Positions 1 to 14,000 of a stretch of 64,000 nucleotides of DNA are shown here, in pieces. Numbering within the stretch: the stretch's first letter is position 1; every line of letters begins with the position of its first letter. The notes under the pieces were generated by a model. The model was not told the DNA's origin, searched no databases, and saw nothing but the letters and a program-made list of their open reading frames with translations. The position numbers were made by a program, and so were the translations under genes. This stretch comes from Macrostomum lignano. Taxonomy: Eukaryota. Where the stretch lies: the NCBI GenBank assembly GCA_002269645.1, contig NIVC01001630.1, positions 186,001 through 250,000 of the forward strand, read 5' to 3'.

Positions 1-1000
1 GCATATTCCTGAATCTCACTGAATCTCCCTAAATCTCCCTGCATCTCCCTGCATCTCCCTGCATCTCTCTGCATCTCCTTGCATCTCCCTGCATCTCCCT
101 GCATCTCCTTGAATCTCCCTGCATCACCCTGAATCTCACTGAATCTCCCTAAATCTCCCTGCATCTCCTTGCATCTCCCTGCATCTCCCTGCATCTCGAT
201 TCATCTCCCTGCATCTCGATTCATCTCCCTGCATCTCGATTCAACTCCCTGCATCTCCCTGCATATCCCTGAATCTCACTGAATCTCCCTAAATCTCCCT
301 GCATCTCCCTGAATCTCCCTGCATCTCCCTGCATCTCCTTGCATCTCCCTGCATCTCCCTGCATCTCCCTGCATCTCCCTGCATCTCCCTGCATCTCCCT
401 GCATCTCCCTGCATCTCCCTGCATCTCCCTGCATCTCCCTGCATCTCCCTGAATCTCCCTGCATCTCTCTGCATCTCCTTGCATCTCCCTGCATCTCCCT
501 GCATCTCCTTGAATCTCCCTGCATCTCCCTGAATCTCACTGAATCTCCCTAAATCTCCCTGCATCTCCTTGCATCTCCCTGCATCTCCCTGCATCTCGAT
601 TCATCTCCCTGCATCTCGATTCAACTCCCTGCATCTCCCTGCATATCCCTGAATCTCACTGAATCTCCCTAAATCTCCCTGCATCTCCCTGAATCTCCCT
701 GCATCTCCCTGCATCTCCTTGCATCTCCCTGCATCTCCCTGCATCTCCTTGCATCTCCCTGCATCTCCCTGCATCTCCCTTTTTTTAAAACTCTCAAATC
801 TCTATACACCTCTTTAACATCTTCCTAAGTCTCCCTGGCCTCCCTCCTCACATCTCCCTGCATCTCCCTGCATCTCCCTGCATCTCCCTGCATCTCCCTG
901 CATCTCCCTGCATCTCCCTGCATCTCCCTGCATCTCTCTGCATCTCCCTGAATCTCCCTGCATCTCCATACATCTCCCTACATCTCCCTACATCTCCCTT
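1..1000. repeat. 10-bp minisatellite (GCATCTCCCT)n, intronic
   Basis: Direct tandem repeat; ORFs 221-594 are its translations. Confidence 0.97.
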
Positions 1001-1117
1001 TTTTTTAAAACTCTCAAATCTCTATACACCTCTTTAAAGTCTTCCTAAGTCTCCCTGGCCTCCCTCCTCACATCTGCCCGCATCTACCTTCATTATTCCG
1101 AACGATTCAACACTCAC

Positions 1118-4100
1118 TTCATATTCAAATACATAAACAAAAACTTGCTTAAAAGATCAAAGTTAAAAAAGTCAAATAAAATTTCATTAGAATCCTCAAG
1201 CTTTAAAAAACTTGACCGAATCGCTTTGGCCAAGTCGCATGTGAGTCCGACGTTGCTGGGAATTAAAACACGCAACTGAAAACGCATAATTAAAAAAAAT
1301 TTCCCCCAGATTAACAAACAAACAAAGGGGGGATTTTTGCCCCCCCCCCTTTTCTTTCCAAGGAAAATTAGGGGAAATGCGACTGTCTCTACGCTCATCC
1401 CCAGAGGCACGAACCGTCGGGAGAGAGAGGGAGGGACAGAAGAAATCCAACTCAAATTAAAAATTTGATTCCCTCATAGAAATCCGCTTTCTAGCTAAGA
1501 ATTTGTTTTAATCTGGACCTGCGTCCCTCTCTGGAGATTCTTTTCCCTTCCGGTTGTAACAAAAAAAGGACCGCGTTCGAGAAATTGCAAATATACAAAC
1601 AATTTTTTTTCAATACTCTACTAGGACGGCAGTTTGTTTGGACTGGAAACCGGACAGAAATATCCCTCCCATGTGTTAGTAACAGGGTGAATGGGAAAGC
1701 ATGTTAAAGTTTAATTTACCCGGGCCTCAACTTCTATAGTCTCTCTTCACCCTGTTGGAAAGTAAAATGTTTTGAAATAATTTCAACGATGTTGCAAACA
1801 CTGAATGTAATGTCTGCTTATATGAAGTCTGCTTCACTTATCTGTGGAATTCTGTAAAGTGTGTTGGAAAGTCCGTAAAGTCGGCTGTAAAGTCTATACA
1901 GTCTGTAAAGTCGGTTCTAAAGTCTATACAGTCTGTAAAGTCGGTTGTAAAGTCTATACAGTCTGTAAAGTCGGCTGTAATGTCTATACAGTCTGTAAAC
2001 TCGGTTGTAAAGTCTATACAGTCTGTAAAGTCGGCTGTAAAGTCTATACAGTCTGTAAAGTCGGTTCTAAAGTCTATACAGTCTGTAAAGTCGGTTCTAA
2101 AGTCTATACAGTCTGTAAAGTCGGCTGTAATGTCTATACAGTCTGTAAACTCGGTTGTAAAGTCTATACAGTCTGTAAAGTCGGCTGTAAAGTCTATACA
2201 GTCTGTAAAGTCGGTTCTAAAGTCTATACAGTCTGTAAAGTCGGTTCTAAAGTCTATACAGTCTGTAAAGTCGGTTGTAAAGTCTATACAGTCTGTAAAG
2301 TCGGTTGTAAAGTCTATACAGTCTGTAAAGTCGGCTCTAAAGTCTATACAGTCTGTAAAGTCGGCTGTAAAGTCTATACAGTCTGTAAAGTCGGCTGTAA
2401 AGTCCATACAGTCTGTAAAGTCGGTTGTAAAGTCCATACAGTCTGTAAAGTCGGCTGTAAAGTCTATACAGTCTGTAAAGTCGGCTCTAAAGTCTATACA
2501 GTCTGTAAAGTCGGTTGTAAAGTCCATACAGTCTGTAAAGTCGGCTGTAAAGTCTATACAGTCTGTAAAGTCGGCTGTAAAGTCTATACAGTCTGTAAAG
2601 TCGGCTGTAAAGTCTAGAAATTGTCTGTAAAATCTGTAAAGTTGGCTGTAAATTTTTGTAGCATCCGTCTGTCGTAACATCTGTAAATTTTGCTGTGAGG
2701 TCTGTAAACTCTGTAAAATGTGCCTTAAATGCCGATTTAAATTTTAAAATATTTTTTAAAAGTCTCTAAAGTATGCTATAAACTTAAATGTCCCAATGTA
2801 CTATTGCCAAACACGAGAGATTTCAGGAAGCAGCTAGCACCAAAATCTGGGGCAAACCTTTATGGCAGGCCTCATAAAACGCTTTCCCAAAAATTTTTTC
2901 AAGATTCTTTCAAGTAGACAACCTCACCCAGGCTAAGAACCTCAGATTCAGCCCTGGAAATGTGAACCAAGAACGGATGTTATTTCGCCAAATAATCTTC
3001 AAAATGGCCACAGCTCTGCAAGGAAATGTTGGCTGCCATTATTGGCTCTTCAAGAATTCGTTTTTCATAGATATTTTCTTGGAATCCAAGCCCGAATAAT
3101 AAGCGATTCCTTTGGGAAATTTCTTTCAGAAAAATGTATTCAACATTCTTTTATCTGCAGAAATTCAATATGAAGCTTTTGTGCTGCTCTGCGTGCCATG
3201 TTGAGGCGTTCCCGTGGGGCAAATATGCGCTCTGCCATGACCCTGCTCTCGAGTTCCAGTCAGGACCGTCCTGGGACCCTACTTACTTAGCAACCCTCAC
3301 TGTCTGCGTTTGTACCGGTATTGCTGTCATGGCACTCTCCATGTCACTCTCCATGTCACTCTCCATGTCACTCTCAATGTCACTCTTTATGTCACTCTCC
3401 ATGTCACTCTCCATGTCACTCACCATGTCACTCACCATGTCACTCTCCATGTCACTCTCAATGTCACTCCCCATGTCACTCTCCATGTCACTCTCCATGT
3501 CACTCTCAATGTCACTCCCCATGTCACTCTCCATGTAACTCTCCATGTCACTCTCCATGTCACTCTCCATGTCACTCTCCATGTCACTCTCCATGTCACT
3601 CTCCATGTAACTCTCCACCTCACTCTCCACCTCACTCTCCACCTCACTCTCCACCTCACTCTCCACCTCACTCTCCACCTCACTCTCCACCTCACTCTCC
3701 ACCTCACTCTCCACCTCACTCTCCACCTCACTCTCCACCTCACTCTCCACCTCACTCTCCACCTCACTCTCCACCTCACTCTCCACCTCACTCTCCACCT
3801 CACTCTGCATCCCATCCTCACCATACATTTATCGTGCATTTCCTTCGCCTATTTTTGGGCATAAAAATGTTCTATTTTAGAACAGAAAAACGAGTTTAAA
3901 AATGGCAAAAAAAACTTCACTTTTTTGTGTGTCCTTTTTACCTGGCGTCCACAGCTGGCAAACTCATGGCATACAGGTAAACATCTAACAGCCTGAGTGT
4001 TGGGACAAAAAGCATTTCACAGTTTCGTGAATCGATATTTGCGGATCAGCAGAAGCAGAGGGTCAAACAACTTAAGCATCAGTTCGCAAATAATTAAACA

Positions 4101-4906
4101 GGACAAAATATTTCCAACTTACTCAGAATTTGCGGTGTCCAGGTTTGAACACAGGGTTAGCAAAGTTTCCTCAATCTGAAATTCAGAGAAGAACCAGTTG
4201 AACAATTCCTACGAGGTTTTGAATAATAATAATAAACTAGCATAAGTATAGAATTTGTTATGATGCACTGGGCAGTCATGGTAGGTACAGTATAGCTCTA
4301 GGCATATAGACAGAAATTGCTCACTCAATGAAACACTGATTGACATGGACAAGCAACGGGACCCGATCGCCTCTCCGGTCTCGCCCTTGTAATTCCCTCC
4401 TTTGCCTCTGCACTGCTCCGGGGCTCGGGAGCAGCTCCCTTCACTTCCCCTTCAGCTGGACCATGGAGATCCCACATTGAACCAGGGTTTGGCTTCTGTT
4501 TCTTTGGAAACTGATTCATAATTACATTGGTCTAAAGTTAGTGCCGTTGCACTTTGAATGACAATGGATCATCACCACAAGAAAAATGAGAAATTTGATG
4601 AAAGATTTGAGCACACCAGATTATAGCCTTGATCTGGCATGGGTTGACAACAGGATTCGCTGATGGGTTTTTTCATAAAACTAACTTTGACTCAGAAGTG
4701 ATGTGTTTTGTAAAGATGAATCTTTTGTAAAGAGTCTTTCTTTGGTGCGGACTTTAATGAGATAAGATTGAACTTATGGTCGTTAGGTTGTTTTATAATG
4801 AAAGCATCTCTCTCTGTCTCACTCTACATCTCTCTCTCTCATTCTCTCTCTCTCTCTTTCTCTCTCTCACTCTCTCTCTCTCACTCTCTCTCTCTCTATC
4901 TCTCTC

Positions 4907-4991
<85 letters not shown>

Positions 4992-5056
4992 CTTTCTCTA
5001 TCGATCTCTCTCTCTCTCTCACTCTCTCTCTCTCTTTCTCTCTCTCACTCTCTCTC

Positions 5057-5098
<42 letters not shown>

Positions 5099-8000
5099 TC
5101 TCTCTCTCTTTCTCTCTCACTCTCTCTCTCACTCTCTCTCTCTCTCTCTCTCTCTACCTCTTCCTCCATCTCTCTCTCCATCTCTCTCTGTCTCTCTCTC
5201 CATCTCTCTCTTCAACTCTCTCCATCTCTCTCTTCAACTCTCTCCACCTCTCCCCCATCTCTCTCTCTCTCTCCACCTCTCTCTCCACCTCTCCCTCATC
5301 TCTCTCTATCTCTCTCCACCTCTCTCTCCACCTCTCCCCCATCTCTCTCTATCTCTCTCCACCTCTCTCTCCACCTCTCCCCCATCTCTCTCTATCTCTC
5401 TCCATCTCTCTCTTTATCTCTTTCTCCATTGCTTTGTGAAATAAACCAATTCCTTCCTTGGGTATGATTATTAGCTAATGCCAAGTGAGCATAGACACAC
5501 TGTACCTAGATGCTCACAAAGCTACACACAATGCAAAGCGTCAATGGCCACTAGCTCTTCACCGAACTTGAATTTAAAATTTAGCCATAAATAAATGTTC
5601 ATAAAAGAACACGTAGGTTGGAACTTAAAAGTGAGTCTGGGAAACACACCAGCGATCGCTAAGACTCCCACCAAAGCTGGAGCTTGACTTTTTCACTTAT
5701 GATAATCCATTGCCATGTTGCTGCTCCAAATTCTGCTTCTAAGTCTCCTTGATATTGCTAACGGGAAAAGACTGTGGCGGAGCTTTGGTGTCGGAGGCCA
5801 GAGGCGAGAGATTGGTTAAAATTAGAAAAGAGGGGGATAGAGGGAAGAGGGAGTAGAGAGGCGTGGCTACCGCATGCGATGCTGCATTTTATATACTCAA
5901 GTGCCTACTCTATAGCCCCCTTTCCCGGGGCAAGGATTAAGAGACACAGCTGGATAGATAGACCGTGAAGACGAACCCTTAGAGGCATTAAGAGACGCTA
6001 AATCCAACGACATGCTGCAGCCCCCCTTCTCCCCTCTTTCTCTTCCCATCCCGGCAACCACGACAACAAAGTCGCAGCTGTCTCTGTCTACTTGCTCAAT
6101 ATAACACTACAGTATAAAAATAAATGTATATAAGCCTCCGGTGCGTGTGTGTCTGTAAAGCTCCTTTGGGACTTTGCAACTAGAAAGAGCGGCGAAGCTT
6201 TGGGAAGCCTTTGATGCCAGTCTTCTCTCTGTTTCTTTTTCTTCTTTAGAAAGCCTACACTTGCTGGAGGGCTAGCATTCTATTGTACTTTAAAAAATAC
6301 AGTCCGTTCAGGGTCCTTCGATGTGGCCACCGCCGTTTGTAAGGCAGGCCTCCAGCCGCCGCGGAAAGTCCAGCAGGGCTTTGGTAAGCGTCTCAGGCGA
6401 AATCTGGGCCTGATATGAACATGCTTTTGGTGTCAAAAAATCCCTTTTCTATATATTTTCCTATGCTAAAATCTGGCGGGGATCTAAGCATTAATCACAA
6501 ATTTATTCACGAAACAAGTTGTAAAGTTACTTATGGGACACCCTGTACATGCTTAACGAGTGAGTGTGTGCCTGTACGTATGACTGCGTACGTATCCGCG
6601 CGCTTGTGTGCCTGCTCAGGGGAGTCGGCGGAATGGGCAGGGTTCTGAGACTCCTGAACACATGCAAGCGCGCCAATACTGTACGCAGGCACGGCACTCA
6701 TAGACACGCTCACAGAGGGTGTACAGCAGCCCTGGCTTTCCAATCGTCAGGCTAGGATAAATACTACTTATGCATAAATAAGAGGGTACAAACACTTACC
6801 TCTCTGAAGCTCGCCACCTCAGCCTGAGGTTTCAATATTGGCAATGACACTGGCTGCTGCATAGAAAGAAGTCGATGCAGATTCTGTAGGAAGCCACGGA
6901 GACAGCTGGTGAGGGCCGACAGGAGCGGATGGACTCGTTTGAGCTGACTGCTCTGAATGCTTCTGTGAGAATGAGAGAGAGGGAGAGAGATTTTGTGAAT
7001 TTGTTTGCTTAGCATTGGGAACAATAGAATCAAATTTTGCGCTATTGGGTGGATCATCTCATCGATAATAGAATGCATCAAATGCGGATGGGTCAAAGAA
7101 TGAGTCAAAGATGAGTCAGAGGATGGGTCAGAGGATGGGTCAGGGAATGGGTCAGAGGATGGGTCAGAGGATGGGTCAGGGAATGGGTCAAAGAATGAGT
7201 CAAAGATGAGTCAGAGGATGGGTCAGAGGATGGGTCAGAGGATGGGTCAGAGAATGGGTCAGAGAATGGGTCAGAGGATGGGTCAGAGGATGGGTCAGAG
7301 AATGGGTCAAAGAATGAGTAAAAGAATGAGTCAGAGGATGGGTCAGAGGATGGGTCAGAGGATGAGTCAGAGGATGGGTCAGAGAATGAGTCAAAGGATG
7401 GGTCAGAGGATGGGTCAGAGGATGGGTCAGAGGATGGGTCAGAGAATGGGTCAAAGGATGGGTCAGAGGATGGGTCAGAGGATGGGTCAGGGAATGGGTC
7501 AAAGAATGAGTCAAAGATGAGTCAGAGGATGGGTCAGAGGATGGGTCAGAGGATGGGTCAGAGAATGGGTCAGAGAATGGGTCAAAGGATGGGTCAGAGG
7601 ATGGGTCAGATTATGGCTGAGAAAATGGGTCAGAGGATGGGTCAGACGATAGGTCAGAGGATGGGTCAGAGAATGGGTCAAAGGATGGGTCAGAGGATGG
7701 GTCAGATTATGGCTGAGAAAATGGGTCAGAGGATGGGTCAGACGATAGGTCAGAGGATGGGTCAGAGAATGGGTCAAAGGATGGGTCAGAGGATGGGTCA
7801 GAGAATGGGTCAAAGGATGGGTCAGAGGATGGGTCAGAGGATGGGTCAGAGGATGGATCAGAGGATGGATCAGAGGATGGGTCAGAGGATGGGTCAGAGG
7901 ATGGGTCAGAGGATGGGTCAGATTATGGCTCAGTGAATGGGTCACGGTCTGTGTCACGCGCCCTAGTACGCGAAGACGCAAGCAAATATTTGAGACATGA

Positions 8001-11000
8001 CAACTGGCAACACCAGAGTAAGAATTATCAAGAATTTAGCAGATAAGCAAATGTTTGTCTTGCAGGAGAGAGCAATGCACAGGGGACCACACCCTATACT
8101 AGGATAAAAACAAGCCATCCATAGCATCAGTGCATAGTCGGATTTGCTCCCCTTTGCCTGGCTTGAAAAACCAGAAGTGCTGGCCGAAAGTTGCTGCTTG
8201 CGGAAGCAGGCCAGCACACAGAGAGATTTCCCATCCCAGTCTGTTCATATCCCCCTTTTTCACTCCGCGTCCCGCATTAATCCGAGACTGCGGCGGCGGT
8301 GCAGGGGGGCGGCCAGATGTTCAGTGCTGGCTGTAAAAGTACATCGAGTGGAATCTTATTACAGCAGAGGCTGGCTCGGTGCTCGTCTCCGCCTCGCGCT
8401 TCGATTGCGCGCGTGGCTTTGAGAGAAAGGATGGGCAAGTAGGATTTTTTTAAAGACTATAATTTTTCAAGGCTGGAGACGAGAATAGGGAGAGGGGAGA
8501 GCGGAGGGATGGAGAGGAGAGGAGACTGCCGACAGAGCGGAGGAGAGAGCGGAGAGAGCGGAGGAGAGCAAGGAGGAGAGAGTGGAGGAGAGAGCGGAGG
8601 AGAGAGCGGAGGAGAGCGAGGAGAGAGCGGAGGAGAGCGAGGAGGAGAGCGAGGAGAGAGTGGAGAAGAGAGCGGAGGAGAGCGAGGAGGAGAGCGAGGA
8701 GAGAGTGGAGAAGAGAGTGGAGAGAGCGGAGGAGAGCGAGGAGAGAGCGGAGGAGAGCGAGGAGGAGAGCGAGGAGAGAGTGAAGAAGAGAGCGGAGGAG
8801 AGCGAGGAGGAGAGCGAGGAGAGAGTGGAGAAGAGAGCGGAGGAGAGCAAGGAGGAGAGAGTGGAGGAGAGAGCGGAGGAGAGAGCGGAGGAGAGCGAGG
8901 AGAGAGCGGAGGAGAGCGAGGAGAGAGCGGAGGAGAGAGTGGAGAAGAGAGCGGAGGAGAGCGAGGAGGAGAGCGAGGAGAGAGTGGAGAAGAGAGCGGA
9001 GAGAGCGGAGGAGAGCGAGGAGGAGAGAGTGGAGGAGAGAGCGGAGGAGAGAGCGGAGGAGAGCGAGGAGAGAGCGGAGGAGAGCGAGGAGGAGAGCGAG
9101 GAGGAGAGCGAGGAGGAGAGCGAGGAAAGAGTGGAGAAGAGAGCGGAGGAGAGCGAGGAGGAGAGCGAGGAGAGAGTGGAGGGGAGCGGAGGAGAGAGCG
9201 GAGGAGAGCGAGGAGAGAGTGGAGAAGAGAGCGGAGAGAGCGGAGGAGAGCGAGGAGAGAGCGGAGGAGAGAGCGGAGGAGAGAGCGGAGGAGAGAGCGG
9301 AGGAGAGCGAGGAGAGAGTGGAGAAGAGAGCGGAGAGAGCGGAGGAGAGCGAGGAGGAGAGAGTGGAGGAGAGAGCGGAGGAGAGAGCGGAGGAGAGCGA
9401 GGAGAGAGTGGAGAAGAGAGCGGAGAGAGCGGAGGAGAGCGAGGAGAGAGCGGAGGAGAGAGCGGAGGAGAGAGCGGAGGAGAGCGAGGAGAGAGCGGAG
9501 GAGAGAGCGGAGGAGAGCGAGGAGAGAGCGGAGGAGAGCGAGGAGGAGAGCGAGGAGGAGAGCGAGGAAAGAGTGGAGAAGAGAGCGGAGGAGAGCGAGG
9601 AGGAGAGCGAGGAGAGAGTGGAGGGGAGCGGAGGAGAGACACCAGAGATTAGCTGGGCTAAAAGCAGGGCAATATTTTTACGCGAGAGATTTTCGATCGG
9701 CTTTTTAGGCGGGAAGAAGAAACACAAGCAGAAGCAGACAGACGGACAGCTGAACGCCAAACCCCGGATGCTTTGACAAGAAACACACAACCGGCGAGAG
9801 AGAACACCCAGAGAAAATCCAGCTGATAAATTTGATTGCAATTGCAATATTCTCTCCCTTCGTATGTGTTTGGTTTGGCGAGCTGTCACGAAAACATGCT
9901 AAACATGTTCAGTTTCACGCAGCGGCTCACCGCGCTTAGGCATATTATTGCCCTGGTTCTAGTCCAAGTACGAATATAAGAAGGTCCCTGACTAGACATT
10001 TTTTACATTTTTAGACGCCAGCAGATCTGGCTAAGATGTAAAACTGACTGTCGCTTCTCACATTTCAAAAAAATCGACCAAGAAGAAAGAAACAAGCCAG
10101 TGAAAGGTGCTTCAACAAATGCTACCATCCGTTGAGAGGGATGCATGAGCCGGGTTTAAAGTTCCGACTCAGCTGCCACGAAGTTGAAATATTTCTCTGA
10201 TATGGAAGTTATATGTACTTTTTACTGATAGGGATTCTGATATTTTCTAAAACGCAGTAGATAGGCGCTATCACCTAGCAACCGGAAGTAGACAACCGTC
10301 TAGCAACCGGAAGTAGATAGCCACCTGATCATCTGAAAGTAGACACTTTTTGCCATCTGTCAACCGGAAGTGGCTACTTATCAATCAACCGGAAGTAGCT
10401 AGCTACTTATCAATCAATCGGAAATATCTAGCTAGCTATTTATCAATCAACCGGAAGTAGCTAGCTACTTATCAATCAATCGGAAATATCTAGCTAGCTA
10501 CTTATCAATCAATCGGAAATATCTAGCTAGCTATTTATCAATCAACCGGAAGTAGCTAGCTACTTATCAATCAATCGGAAATATCTAGCTAGCTACTTAT
10601 CAATCAATCGGAAATATCTAGCTAGCTATTTATCAATCAACCGGAAGTAGCTAGCTACTTATCAATCAGTCGGAAATATCTAGCTAGCTACTTATCAATC
10701 AATCGGAAATATCTAGCTAGCTATTTATCAATCAATCGGAAATATCTAGCTACTTATCAATCAATCGGAAATATCTAGCTAGCTACTTATCAATCAATCG
10801 GAAATATCTAGCTAGCTATTTATCAATCAACCGGAAGTAGCTAGCTACTTATCAATCAATCGGAAATATCTAGCTAGCTATTTATCAATCAACCGGAAGT
10901 AGCTACTACCTATTATAAATCAACTGGAAGTAGGTACTACCTAATTTAAATCAACCGGAAGTACCTACTACCTATTATAAATCAAATGAAAGTAGCTAAT

Positions 11001-14000
11001 ACCTATTATATATCAACCGGAAGTAGCTAGCTACTTATCAATCAACTGGAAGTAGCTAGCTACTTATCAATCAATCGGAAATATCTAGCTAGCTATTTAT
11101 CAATCAACCGGAAGTAGCTACTACCTATTATAAATCAACCGGAAGTATCTACTACCTATTATAATTCAACTGGAAGTAGCTAATACCTATTATATATCAA
11201 CCGGAAGTAGCTAACTACTTATCAATCAACCGGAAGTAGCTAGCTATTTATCAATCAACCAGAAGTAGCTACTACCTATTATAAATCAACTGGAAGTAGC
11301 TACTACCTATTATAATTCAACTGGAAGTAGCTAATACCTATTATATATCAACCGGAAGTAGCTAGCTACTTATCAATTAACCGGAAGTAGCTACTACCTA
11401 TTATAAATTAACCGGAAGTAGCTACTACCGATTATAAATCAACTGGAAGTAGCTAATACCTATTATAAATCAACCAGAAGTAGCTATCTACTTATCAATC
11501 AACCGGAAGAAGCTGCTATATATTATAAATCAACCGGAAGTAGCTACTACCGATTATAAATCAACCAGAAGTAGCTATCTACTTATCAATCAACCGGAAG
11601 AAGCTGCTATATATTATCAATCAACCGGAAGTAGCTACTATTTATATAATATCAATCAACCGGAAGTAACTTATCTTTGTAATATATTTTCATAGTCCTA
11701 CATGGCAGATCTCACTCCAATGCTCCCTTCAAATTCTACTAAAAAAATGTGAAACCCAGCCTGCATAAATCAACATAGATAACTATAATATATATAACAA
11801 GAAGGCGCAGCCTATACGAGATTAAGTACCAAAATCCCAAATTTACTTGAGCAAGAATATATGAGCAGGGAAATAAGTCTGGCGGATATGCTCAGCCAAA
11901 TAAGCTTCGTAGTCAAGGCCGATAGGAAAAAAGGGCGACCAGCGCGGGGCAGTAAATTATTAATGACTCTTAATTGGGAGGCCTACTAGAAGAGGGCCGG
12001 AGCGGGCAGGCCAGAGTAAGAGCCTCAGTGCGGCTTCGCTTTTTTGCAAGCCAATTTTCCACCCTCTCGATCTTTGCACACACTGAAGCTTAGCCAGGAA
12101 ACCACAAAGAAAAGAAGGGCAGCCACTTCGTTGGCATGGCTAATCCACAAAAAAATCTGGAAAAACATTACAACTCTTTTCTAGATGGCCAAGGGTAGAG
12201 ATCTATTCGTCGAGCTTATGAGCGAGTTCATGAGATTTTATGAGTAAGTTCAAGAGTGAGTTCATGAGTGAGTTCATGATTGAAGTCATGAGTGAGTTCA
12301 TGCGTGAGTTCATGAGTGAGTTCATTATTGAAGTCATGAGTGAGTTCATGCGTGAGTTCATGAGTGAGTTCATAAGTGAGTTCATTAGTGAGTTCATGAG
12401 TGAGATTATGAGTGAGTTCATGATTGAGCTGCATATAAAAACGAACACACAGCTTGAAATGAGATGGGGTCAATGAGTGAGCAGGCATGTGAAGCTGACA
12501 GCTCAATGAAGCAAAAGGTTTCCCCAAGACGTCTCACCCTCCCTAATTGGTGAGGGCTCACGATGCAGCCCTGTCAGGCCGCGTGAGCCCCGTCAGCATG
12601 AGCTGGGAGGCTCTAACAAAATGCGCGGCCCTCATTAGGGTCTGAAGGAAAAAGAATGAGATTGGGACCGACTCTGAATGGGATGCTGCAGATGAAGCTT
12701 TTAACAGTGGCCAGGGGCAGGGAAATTTTTTTTAGAAATCCTAGCCACCTTTTTACCAGGTGAGAAGGAAAGTTTTTCATGTCATTAAAATTTAATAGCA
12801 AGGCCGCACTTGCAGACAGAAACTTTCTGACCCAGAAAAAATATATTAAATAGATCAGCAAAGTATCCTCACACTAGAACTGCATTGAAGTCGGCCAGCA
12901 GCTTCCGAGAATTCAATTCTAGCATCTCGATTGACACTGAAATTGTTAGGATGATTGAGTGATGGTTTTTGAGTTGCCAGTGAGAATGGAAACATTGATA
13001 TACTCGCTACTCTACCTGTGATTCACCGGTTATCTACTAGCTACTCTACCTGTGATTCACCTGTTATCTACTAGCTACTCTATCTGTGATTCACCGGCTA
13101 TCTACTAGCTACTCTATCTGTGATTCACCTGTTATCTACTAGCTACTCTACCTGTGATTCACCGGTTATCTACTAGCTACTCTATCTGTGATTCACCGGC
13201 TATCTACTAGCTACTCTATCTGTGATTCACCTGTTATCTACTAGCTACTCTACCTGTGATTCACCGGTTATCTACTAGCTACTCTATCTGTGATTCACCG
13301 GTTATCTACTAGCTACTCTACCTGTGATTCACCGGTTATCTACTAGCTACTCTACCTGTGATTCACCGGTTATCTACTAGCTACTCTATCTGTGATTCAC
13401 CGGTTATCTACTAGCTACTCTACCTGTGATTCACCGGTTATCTACTAGCTACTCTACCTGTGATTCACCGGTTATCTACTAGCTACTCTACCTGTGATTC
13501 ACCGGTTATCTACTAGCTACTCTACCTGTGATTCACCGGTTATCTACTAGCTACTCTACCTGTGATTCACCTGTTATCTACTAGCTACTCTACCTGTGAT
13601 TCACCTGTTATCTACTAGCTACTCTACCTGTGATTCACCGGTTATCTACTAGCTACTCTACCTGTGATTCACCGGTTATCTACTAGCTACTCTACCTGTG
13701 ATTCACCGGTTATCTACTAGCTACTCTACCTGTGATTCACCTGTTATCTACTAGCTACTCTACCTGTGATTCACCTGTTATCTACTAGCTACTCTACCTG
13801 TGATTCACCGGTTATCTACTAGCTACTCTACCTGTGATTCACCGGTTATCTACTAGCTACTCTACCTGTGATTCACCGGTTATCTACTAGCTACTCTACC
13901 TGTGATTCACCGGTTATCTACTAGCTACTCTACCTGTGATTCACCTGTTATCTACTAGCTACTCTACCTGTGATTCACCTGTTATCTACTAGCTACTCTA

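Noticed and set aside
5715-5819. Plus-strand 34-aa ORF resembling a signal peptide plus KR site ([19 protein letters not shown]...)
   Set aside because: It is antisense to the phase-consistent exon 5697-5757 of the minus-strand gene; most likely a shadow.
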